A DNA stretch of 64,000 bases from positions 16,308,001 through 16,372,000 of the forward strand of contig CM119371.1 of NCBI GenBank assembly GCA_051294905.1. The letters run 5' to 3'. The DNA is from Botryllus schlosseri (Eukaryota). Shown one piece after another: positions 27,001 to 39,000 of the stretch (positions are counted from its first letter, which is position 1; the number at the start of each line of letters is the position of its first letter). The position numbers and the translations under genes are program-made. Below the pieces are notes generated by a model, which saw nothing but the letters and a program-made list of their open reading frames with translations, was not told the origin of the DNA and made no database searches.

Positions 27001-30000
27001 AAGCACCGGAAGTGGTCAAAGTAGCCATCTCCTGGACCCAAGTACAAATGAAAATGACATCGTGAATCTCTACTCAAGTACAAGAACATGTAGCGATCTC
27101 CACGTAAGTAAAAGCAGGTATTTTAGGCTTAAAGTGACGCCGAAAAACTGAAAACCGTTAAGTAAAAGTGGAGGTTGTCTAACACATTACCGCTTGAGTA
27201 AGCAGTGCAAGTTAGTAAAACCTACTTGAGCACTCCGGAGAAGTTGGAATGATTCGTTGCTGACCACCTCTTTCCAGTAGCAAAGAAGCAACAACATTTT
27301 AATAAGTGGAAAGTTATTACCTGCACATTCAATACGGGCGGTCCGCATATGCATGTCAATTTTATAGACAGGGTTGCCATTGACATGGACCCAAAAATAA
27401 GGACAGTCGAAAAATTAGATCAGCATTGAAAAGTGTTTTTGTGCATACTTTGTATTTACACGAGCCGTGGCATATCACAGTCAATACTTTTAGCAAAAAA
27501 TAACTTTCTCCAGCAACTTCTTGTTATTAGAAAGTGCTTCATGGATCTCACGACAGCTGAGGTCTTGGTCTACCTTTGCTTCCGGCCGAAACAGCACTTC
27601 GTCAGCCCCCCCCAAAAAAAATACCGTTGGTCTGGGGCCTCTCATACGGTGATTAACCAAACTTCATCACTTCGTTCTGATTAGACACGTCAACCTAGAT
27701 GGAATAAGGCTGTACACTAAGTTTGGACAAATCAATTTTTGAGCGTATGGAGCATGAACTCCACTAACAACGATTGTAGTCTTGGTCCACGTTGGAATCG
27801 GGGAATATTCCTTTTGCAATCGTAGTAGAGGAATGATTGCGGGTGTTTGACGGTGTAGAATGCCCAGTTACCCTCAGCAGTAGCTGCCACTTGTGGTCTG
27901 TGGTCCGTGGTCGTTGGTGCTGATAGACTTGTGAGAAAATTATTAATCGACTGGTTCGAATCTATCATTATGACACTCCTCTTGTGTTTTGGGGTATCAA
28001 TGTGGGTTGAAATAGCGGTCTTTGCTATGACCCCCAGGTTAATGTCACAATTGCAGATATTGCAATGTGCGAAACACTCACCCTAGCTTCCTTTGATACT
28101 TTTGAATTCAATCTCTTAATCGTCACGAAAAAGTTTTTAGGCCTGATCATTTTAACTAATCAGATTTATCGTTAATAGTAGATAAAACTATATGTGCGAT
28201 ATAATTTAGATAAATTTATCAATGATTTAGAGCTTTACTATTTTTAACCCAAGTGTCGACTACACTGCGCCCTTTTTCAGTACCTATAAATGCTGCCTTT
28301 CCCACAGCTTATATTCTGCTGTAGGCTAAACAGCGATAGCTTGGTACAGCCGAAACTTCTATACTACTCACTTCCCTAGCTATCTAACCACTAGGAAGTC
28401 AAATCTTGTGATGTGTACGCCACAGGAGTTCCGTTCATTCATGATGTCATAAAAGCTCGACGCGAATGCATAATTTTAAAATATTATGCAACACAGATAT
28501 AAGAGGAAAACGACCTAAGTTCTGTAGCTGTTGGAAATATTACAAAATGAGGACGCAAGTCGAAAAGAAGGACATTACCTAGAAATAAGGACATTCGAGT
28601 TTTCTAAGACGTGGCCCTTAAAAATAAGGACAAATCTTAGAAATAAAGACGGTATGGCAACACTGTTTATAGACCAGGGGTTATCAACCTGTGGACCATG
28701 ATTAAAAAAATTTAATATCGCACTTCTATTTATTTATCGTCCCGCTGTCTACTTACTATAATTGTATATATAGTTGTTTAATAAAATGATTTTGTTCAAA
28801 TTTTTCCGAAGGTTTCAAAACAATAGTTGGTCATTGAGTTTTTAGAATTTCCTAATGGTGCCACAGTGTGGAAAAGGCTGGGGACCCCTGTCGTAGACAC
28901 TTTGTCATCAAGAGGATGTCGCTTGCGTGTGAGGATGTGACGTATACAAACGAGAGTTTCAAGACTCACCCAGATCGATGGTGACTACATCAGTGAGAGA
29001 ACTTGAAGTCAGATTGATTTGGTGCGATCCCTCCATGCACTCGTTGGCCGTAAAGCTCAATTCGAACGTTACCTGAAACGCAACGCTACATGCAAGATGT
29101 CTGGTATAATTTCAAACTGACAGACGAATTTATGGTTTGTTCCGACAAAACTGCATGGAAACTCTAATTTGAAACACCAAATACTAATAAGGTTGGAGAA
29201 GTCCAGGGTTGTAACCAAGTCACATGGATCCGAGTCACACAAGTCAATCTCACTTTTAAAGTTTATACTCGAGTCAAGTCGAGTCATTTTCAATTCACCG
29301 CCGAGTCAAGTCCGAGTCCAAGTCAGCGAGCTGAGGGTCGAGTCCGAGTCATATGAACTTTTCGCCCAGTGTAATATGCTAACTTTCCTCACTTTTAGCA
29401 GTTTATTAGCGTGGTTACTTTACCGTTACAATGAAATGTCGGTCTTGGTCGTATGAGTATCGAGTCATATGACTTGGTTCGAGTCATGCAAAATGACTCG
29501 AGTCCAAGTCGAGTCAAGACACAGATTGACTCGAGTCAAGTCGAGTCACTAAAAATCGTGACTCGAGTCATTACAACCCTGGATAAGTCTTTGGATATCG
29601 TACAATATACAGTAGTAAGGAGATATGTTTTGATCACGCTTTTGAGTGTCATTGTCATAAAGACTGAGCGTAATAGCTGCTGTATGCAGGTAACTGAACA
29701 TATTTTCGAAAACTACAGAAATTTGTAGTTCCACCAGTCATTCTGCATTGGTCTTGAAGACGCGCCCTGCAGTTTCGAAAGTAGGCCTGTTTGATCAACT
29801 GCTTGGAGTGTACGACGTCTCGGCCAGATCGACTTTTTGAGACTACGCAGTTAAGAACTTTTCAGATCTTCTATTCATACTTCCACTTGGAGTATAGTTT
29901 TGACGTATTTCCTGAGCCGCTAATTATACGTGTAATTGCGAGAGAGCGAGAGCGAGAGAGAGAGAGAGAGTGAGTATTTTTTCATCCAACCAAAATACGT

Positions 30001-33000
30001 AAAAAAAGACGGCAATGGTGTTGGTACAGAAAATAAGCCTGCGCAGTATTCGGTATCAGATAGGAATGATCGATACGACCGCAACGGTCAACTGGTCTGA
30101 TCACACCCGTATCAAACAGGTACCCTTGACTCTATACAGTCTGGCTGTAAAAAATATTAGTTTAAAAAAGGAAATTAAAAAACGAAAAAGTAAACAATGG
30201 TAGCAAATGATCAATGAAGCAATGTCTGGGCGAGGTAGGACAACAGTGTTATGATGACGACAAGAGGTGATCAAGCAGGTCTTTTTTAATCTATTATAAG
30301 ACAGTTCACGGATATGCTGTAGTAATTCGTTACAAATGATAAGTCCTGAGTGGTCGATAGATCTCTTAGTTCGGTTGCTTTTGGGTGGAGGTAAGTAAAT
30401 ATTTCCCTTTGATGAGGATCTCGTGTAATAGGAGTGGACATTTTTAGCAGGTGTGAAAAAGTCATCAAACACACTATTGGGAAAATATTTGTGTGTAACT
30501 TTTGCGCGGAAATATACAGCATTGCGTGTGCTTTATAGATGTGGTTCTTGACCGATGATCCACGAGTCATTCTCATGAAAGACGCGTGAAACTCACGCAT
30601 ATGATTTGTTAAGACACGCCAGTGTTGATCGCAGACAATTAGGCGCGATTAGTGGCTGAATTGTTGTGGATGCCATGGTTTCTTGTGGTGGTTTCTTGGG
30701 TTTAACAACGAATTCCCGTACCGGTTCCACGTCCAATATCTATTGCAGTGGTTGTTAACCGATTTTCCATGGATCCAGTCTGAGGGGTTTGCTGGAGGTC
30801 AAGACACACACTCAACTCATCATACATTTGATTTGAGATGATATGCCCATCTTGGCCATCATTGGCTGCAGACATTTAGTAAGAGTCGAATTGTCACTGG
30901 GTGGTGTGTCAATGGCGTACGCCATGGAGGTTGGGGTTTGAAATCGAAACGCAGTCTTTGTTAGTTGGCAATTATATCTCCAACAGGGTTGTAATGACTC
31001 GAGTCATGAGTCGTGATTTTTTGGTGACTAGACTTGACGCGAGTCATTTTGTTGAAAATTAAAAATGACTCGGCTCGAGTCAATTTGTGTATTGACTCGA
31101 ATTGCACTCGAGGCATTGCGTATGACTCGGACCAAGTCATGACTCGAGATTAGATTTGACAAGTCAAACATTTCATAAAATGGTGAAGTTATCACTAGGT
31201 CGATTTTTTACTTAAACAACGGAATACTTTGACCTAAAAATCAATATTTTGATATTTTTCACCTTAAAAAATTACTTTTGGCCAAATTGTGACCTAACGT
31301 ATGCCAATTAGGTGTTTCTCACATAATATTAGAATTATACTGCTTATCTTCATTTCTGGTTGGAACTGTCTGTCCTCACGAGTAGTTTGACCTGAAAAAA
31401 CTTTGTTGACCCAAAAACAGAAAAACTTTTAAAACTTTTACATTTCCACGAAATCTGGCCCTATGAAGAATTCCAGTAGTTACATCACGTATTACGGTGG
31501 AAATATTTAACATTTGTTGTAGTACAACTAAGAATACTTTCCTACATTCTCGAGTAGAAAGTGTCTGTCCCTACCAAGTAGCTTGCCAATAAAGAAGAAA
31601 GAACGTTTAACATCAGCTGTTCTTGGCTGACAACACTGAAGTTGTACGTACGCTGCTGGTGACACACCGTGTTGCTTCATTCTGACAATGTTGTCTACAT
31701 CACAATTTTTCATCATGCGCTTCTTGATATAACAACCATGCAATGCCCACGCAGTCTTGCTTCAGTTAGGATATTGCGGTACGTTGAGCATAACACCATG
31801 TCAACCTATTTATTTCATTTGAATGTTTATGCTTCACAACGAGCAGACAATAGGCCGTCTACAGCGTTAGGCCTGTAAAGTAGGCCACAAGCTTTAAATG
31901 TCGAATTATAAGTTCGCCGACAGTGCAAAATCTACGATACAGACGAAATGTAGGCTGCAAAATTGTTTCGACTTTGTAGAAAACGTTGACAACTTTTTTA
32001 CCTGACGCTACAATTTTGACAAAATTTTAACCTTTTTCACATGTCAAAAAAATGGCCCTAGTTATCATAATATCAATATTTTGTCTATCAATAATGATGC
32101 TTGAATATGCTCCCAGAAACTGTTAAGTGAGAAAAATTAGTATAATAAGCTCGGTAATATCGAACACTTCGCATTCAGATTTGTAAAAAGTGGGTTTCAC
32201 ACGACATATACCCGGAACTGAGCAGTCTACACAATGACTTGGACTCGAATCAAGACACTAGGACTCAGACTTGACTCGGTGGTGAATTGAAAACGAATCG
32301 ACTTGACTCGAGCCAAAACGTTAAAAGTGAGATAGACTTGTGACTTGGAACCTTGTGACTTGGTTACAACCCTCGTATGCCAATATGTAAAAGCTCATTT
32401 GTATAATTGAGCAATTCGTATCACGCTTGCGTTTCGACCGACCAATACGATGACACTTTACAAAGTGAAACTTTGTTGAGATGAAGCCAGATAAACAGTA
32501 CAATGCGCAAATGATGTGACGAATAAGAAATTCCTCTTGCATCAGTCATCGTCACATCACCACGCCCAATATAGCTAAGAAGGGAACACAATGATTTGCC
32601 ACTCGTACGTTATATCCATGGAATATTGCAACATCAAATTTGGGCTTATACATTAGGGTTACCATATTTTTGTGACACCAATTCCGGACGCTCGTTAGCG
32701 CCCACTAGTGGATTTTAAAATGAGGTATGAGTACATTGTCGATCAATATGACGTCACATCAGCAACGCTTTGTTTATCGACTAGAGGTGGTCACGATCCG
32801 GTTCAGGAGTATGTGGTTGTGTGTTGTAAGTTGTAACCAGAGCCGAAGCCCCATTTTTCCAGCCCATCCCGCACAAATAAACACTGATTTTGGGCCCACC
32901 GTAGCGTAATCGATGCAACTTCTGGGAGCTTACTATATGCATCTGGACGGTAAATCATTTGAATGAATTATGTCAATAATACTGGTTCTTCCACATAGTA

Positions 33001-36000
33001 CTATACAATTTTGGTCCTTTCTCGATCCACCCACATGGTCATAGTTAGCGGTATAGAGCTGGTGGAGGATGGATGACTTCAAAAATGCAAGGAGCGTAAT
33101 TGTACATCGTTAAGTCATGTTCGTGTCACACCGACAAGATTATTTATCAGCCTAATGCCGGTACGCACTGCACCACTGAGCTATATAAACACCGCTCATC
33201 CGGTGGCTCCCAACCTTTGATTGTCGTGACTCCATTTCCAATTTGCCGTGGCCCAGCTCCAAATTTGATAGGCTGATTACTAATTAATAGGCCTGCTAAT
33301 TTGTCCAGACTTACTCACATCCTATTTTGGAAGCTGATTACGTTCAACAACTTCGCGAACCCCAGAATAAAGGCAAACTACCCCCAGGTTTCGAACCACT
33401 ATCTTTAAACAAAGCATCAAAACGGCCTAAACCGACTCTATGAATATACCGTTATCTTGTAATTGCGAATATAATTAGACTTATTTCTGTAAATGAATGC
33501 TATTTTTATATATTTTTGATCGCAGATTATGCGAGGGTGGTAGTCCCCATATTAAAACCAATATATGTGATGCTAAAACGCGCGTAGCGCGAAGAAAAAT
33601 TTCACGTAGCATAAATCTGGCCAAAATAATTTTGCTTGTGTTGATTTACGAGAAAATTATAATTTTACTTCACGCCTTCAAAATTCGGGACATTTAGGCA
33701 TATTTCAGAAATTCCTCCCGGACGCAGTTTTATCAGTGAAATTCTGGACATGTCCGGGAAATTCCGGACGTATGGAAACCCTATTATACATCTCGGGGGC
33801 CAACTACAAAATAACCAAGAAGGTGTGGCCTATGATATCTACAGTAAAAACCTCCCTAATAATAGGCCAAATATCATCACTGGGTTCATCACAGTGCACG
33901 TAGGATACCTCTAGCTCAGACGGTAGTAACGGGCTGTCGCAACGAGCTGTAATTATGACATACAAGCCGCCAGCTACCGGATATGTAGTAATATAGTATA
34001 TAGGCAAACAATAGAGCACGCACTATGGTGAAGCTAATGGTGTATTGTGGGCTTATCAATGGCGAAATAGAATATCACATATGGTTTGAGTGTGTGTATA
34101 TTGTAGATCAGGGGTCACCAATCTTTTTGCAACCAATAGCTACTTCTTATTGGTACTGATTGAAGCGACGGGCAACCCCGCCGTTTAATCGTGCGAGACC
34201 GAATTCCCGTTTTGATATTCATTGGATTGGGCAGGAATCACATTGCGGTAAATCTTCTAAGAGAGTCTTTTAAATCAAAACATCTTCTAAGAGAGTCCTT
34301 TAAATCAAAAGATCTCATTTCAACTAGCTAGCCACTAAGATTTTTTGAGAAATCATGGATTACGTCGCACCATGTTTGTATTTATCATACAACACCATTC
34401 AACTCAAATTTTAAAATAAATCATGTCACACTTTATACTGGACATCATGTTATCTTTTTTGTTTTATATCAGTTAGTGGGAAGACTGGCATTGCATGTAA
34501 TCAGCTAGTGCGCTGCACTCTGGTATGTAACTTGACAGTTGACACTGCAACTCTGAGAGATTGTTCCAGATGTGCATTAGTGATCCATGTTCTGTGTTTG
34601 TTCTTGATGAATTTCATGTCCGAAAAGGCTGATTCACAACGATAAGTTGAACCAAACACGCTTGCAACCTTCATGTCGGCTGCGCATACACCACCGTACT
34701 TTTCCGTGTAAACAACGCACCAAAAGTTTAATGCAGCCAGGTGGGCTTTGAGGTTGAGGTCATTTGGCAGGGTTACAATTTCAATCTCCAACTGTTCAGC
34801 ATCCAGACATGGCAGATTTCATTATAACGGACAGCAGCAACGATTACAGGAAGTTAGAAACATGCTACTAAACTGAATTGGGTGTAAGAGAAACAAGCTG
34901 TGTCAAAAATGCAATAGGCAATTGGCATACAGATATTGAAAATCTTCTAGTCTAAAATAGGTGCAATTTGCGCAAATAAATTCAGTCATCGTGAAGCATA
35001 GGGGCCATTTCACCCAATTGTGAATAACAATTTTACTCCTAAAGGCGATAGAACCATACCCGCAAACTACCTCGACCATTACGAAATTAAATGCGTCGGG
35101 AGTGTGTAAATTAAATGATAAGTTGATACCCATTGTTAATGCATACTGTATTTTATTTCATTTACCAGCTACTTCCGTGGCAGAGCACAATTGCCCTTTA
35201 TTTCTTTTGGTTCGTAGCGCGAAAAGTCTCCAGATTTGATCAGTGGTACTCAGTGGTACCTAAGTCGTTTTTATTCATAATAATAATAACCAATAAGCGC
35301 AGCTGTAAGTCACAACCAACTACGATCCTCCCGTAATCATCAATTTAATACAATCAATGCCAAAACGCACCTCGTCTCCAATCGATATGTTGTTACAGTC
35401 CATGACCCCGTCGACAATATCACCGGACGAACAGTACGTCTTGGAAGAATACGTCACGTGACTAGGAATGCTGCTTGCGCGCACCAAAAGTCTTCCCTTA
35501 ATTTTCTGAAATAAAGGGGTCACAGATATATGGATTGGTTGGAAAGTAGGCTACAATAAAGAAGCAGTGCTGGTAGACATTAACATATACATTATAGTCG
35601 ACTTCTACCATACACCCAGTATACATTTTGATACAGACGTGCGATGAGGTTAGCGGTTGGTGACACACTGAACTCATGTAGAGTCGAATTTTTATATGCA
35701 TCGACACAAACTGATAGCTTATTCATTTGGCCACATGTTATTTCATATCTCATCAACACGATGTTCATGTTGGCCGACACAACGTCAAAATTTATACTAC
35801 GCCGTCGCTTTGGATTTTCTAACTATAGAGAATGTTGTTTCACTGCGTAGGCAGAGATTATCGGATTGTTGGCCAACGGATTAATTTGTGCCTCGCCTTG
35901 AATAGTTTCACGTCGACCTGTTTGTATCATCGCCAAATTTAACATTCCGAAAAGGTTGTAAAGGGGGTTCTAGTGCTCAGACTTTATTATCATTTCAATT

Positions 36001-39000
36001 TCAGAATCACTGAGACAATAGCTATCGATGAATACCCGTTATGGTGAATTATGAGTTGTTTATGATGCATTGGGCTACCGCTAGTAAGCCATTGCTGCCC
36101 CGACCCCCTCACGCTCTATATTTTTGTACAATAAATAGGGAAATTGACTAATTGTGATTATTTTACTTCAAGTATACAATCATACGAGTTAACTTTTACG
36201 ACTTTTTGAATTTAGAATTCGAATCCGTATACCCGTCGTGCAACCTCAAAATTTTCCTGGGACGTATGGGCATTAAACAGGCCCCACAAAACCGTGTGAC
36301 ACTTGCGCTTGTAGGTTCGTCTTGATGTAAGGGTTGGTGTTGGTGTTGAAAAGTTACAAGTTGAAGCGTGGCTTGGTAAAGTGTCTTAATCTTAAACGCT
36401 TAGCAACCGCCACAAAAAGTGATAAAAGATAAAGCATTCGACTTACCTCGTACGCATCAGCGATGATAGATACTATATTGTTTGAGTCGCTGGCGAGCTG
36501 CGAAGCTTCCCCAAGGTTTTTGAGTACTTTGGAAATTTCCTGAAGGTCAGGTATGCAGATGTCAACAGCAGAAGCGGTAAAACCCAAGTACAAATATACG
36601 TGCAAACATTAATTTTGTACTGTTACATGTAAAATGGTGATTGGCAAGACATACTATAAAAAATAAAGGCTATTAAAAGTACACTAGCAAGTCGTATCCA
36701 AACGCAGATTTGATCAATTCTACTCGAGTAGAAGTAAAGGTAACTCCGTAAATTCCTGCTACTGCAAGCAGAAGTAGCGATAAGACATGTCAAAACTACT
36801 TCATAGGAAAGTACCCAGGGTTGTAATGACTCGAGTCATTTTTCAAATTCCTAAAATGACTCGACGCGACTCGAGTCAATTTGTATATTGACTCGACTGG
36901 TACCCGAGTCATTGCGCATGACTCTAACCAAGTCATATGACGGCCATGATGACTCAAACCAAGTCATATGACGGCGATGTCATATGTCATATGACGGCCG
37001 AGACCGACATTCATTGTAACTTCGAAGTATACGAAAGTCACCACATTATTGGCATTTCGTCTGTCAGTCCTGAAGTCCTGATGCTTGGAAAATAGGGCAA
37101 GAAACTGTTAGGACTGAGGTAAATGACGTTATTATGAATGCGAGCCAATTCATACCACTCGAGCAGAGCTGAAAAAAGTGGGTTTCACCGGACCCAAGTA
37201 AAAATTAACAGTGAACACAATAACTTGGACTCGGACTCGAGTCACAACACTATGACTTGGACTCGGCCTTCTACTCCATTGGTTCCCAACCTTTTTGTCT
37301 TCATTTCCAACTTATGATTTTTCCGAGTCTTCATTCACCACTACCCAAACCTTTTGTGATTACGGAACATCTATTTGCTTGTTTAAGAGCACAAGACACA
37401 CAACCTCGCCAGTACGCAAGAAAAGCGCCTATAACTGCAACATAAAACGTATTATGAACCGATACCGGTAATCCTCAAAATTAAACGAAACCGGTATCGC
37501 ACGCCATACCGGTCGTGCTGGATGCGTTTGTGACGCCATCATTGGTTATCTGGAGTCAAATGAGTTTTGTGAACACGCAGTACATACAGTCCAGAGCAGG
37601 TAACTGGTAACGATAATCGCGCAGGTGTCCCCGTATATATGTATACAATTCTGTATATATAATGTTTACCAAATGCGTCTATTCGTCATCTGAAACCATT
37701 GAATTCCCCACCGGTTCGGAACCACTGCTCTACTATTACCGAGAATGGACATTACCGTGAATACCGAGAATGGACATTACCGAGAATTGCCAATGCCAAG
37801 AATATAGAGTTGTTGAGAAATTTATACCTGCGCATCGATACCGAGTGCGACATCGCCGTGATGCACTCACACGATCTGCACATATGCATAGCATGTCTGC
37901 ATTATATATATTGCATTCTCGGTAATGTTCATTCTCGGTGGTGTCCATTCTCGGTAATGTCGATTCTCTGTGGTATCCATTATCGGTGATGTCCATTCTC
38001 GGTGGTGTTCATTCTCGGTAATGGTTTTCCCGGTATAGATCGGACACCCCTGCACTCGGACTTGCCTCCGTGGTAAATATAAAATGACCTAATATTTAAA
38101 ACTATAAAAGTGAGATTGACTTGTGACTCGGAAACTTGTGACTTGTTTACAACACTGAAAGTACCCTAGTAAGCAGTTTCGAGAAGTAGATTTAACCGCG
38201 TCGCCAACGTGGGGCAATTAATCGGCTGTTCCCACATTCGAAACGGGAAGATGCATCTAGGCGGCTAACGCAGAATTACTAATGATACCATAAATAGGTA
38301 CAATCCTGAGAAAATATAGTAAGCAGTTACTGTGACGGCTATCTCACACGGTCCAAGATATATCACAAACGCAAAATTTCTTATGACACTATACGCTAGA
38401 ATCTTTGAAAAGTTAAGCAGTTGCTCTGATACAGCGGCTATTTCAACCAGGGTTATTTCACGGTGTTCTAATGAGGATGACGAATAAAAGTGATCGAAAT
38501 GATCTCCAAACTACCTTTTTCTATTAAAACTACAGGGTGCAAGCAATTAGTATGGCGTAGACTTGAATCAATCCAAGTAGATGCAAAATTATTGTAAAAT
38601 CTTTAACACCAAAGGCAAGCAGAACTTTCATAAGTACTCCTAAAAGTGCAGGTATTGCATACCCGACCACCTCTTGTCAAAAGTATACGAGAAATGTGAG
38701 TGTCCTAGTCGATACCTGGTACACGGGCAACACGTCGTCTGTAACGGCAAAAATTGTGATGATCTTGTGTTCCGTGAACGCCTGCTTCAACTGGCCGAGA
38801 GATGGGTAATCCAAGGTCTTGCTTTTCGCGTATACGATTGCTTCCGAATCAAGTTTGGCGTTGAAGCCCTATATTATATTACGATGCGGTCAGATTCATG
38901 GTCACATGATAATAACATTGTTGAAGAAGTGGGGCCCGTATATTACCTATGTTCTAAAGCGTTATTTATCGCCTTTCGGTGTTCGGCTTCGTGAACATTG

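Noticed and set aside
7228..33783. Single large inverted segmental duplication or giant TIR element
   Set aside because: The paired family A copies have their own different TSDs and unrelated flanks, indicating independent insertions.
37734..38023. CRISPR-like array
   Set aside because: 16-bp units abut without unique spacers, form inverted arrays, and lie in a eukaryotic intron with no cas genes.
38674..38994. Plus-strand 106-aa ORF
   Set aside because: Antisense shadow of integrin exon 7; the same applies to the plus-strand ORFs at 42862-43236, 17497-17700 and 10155-10406.
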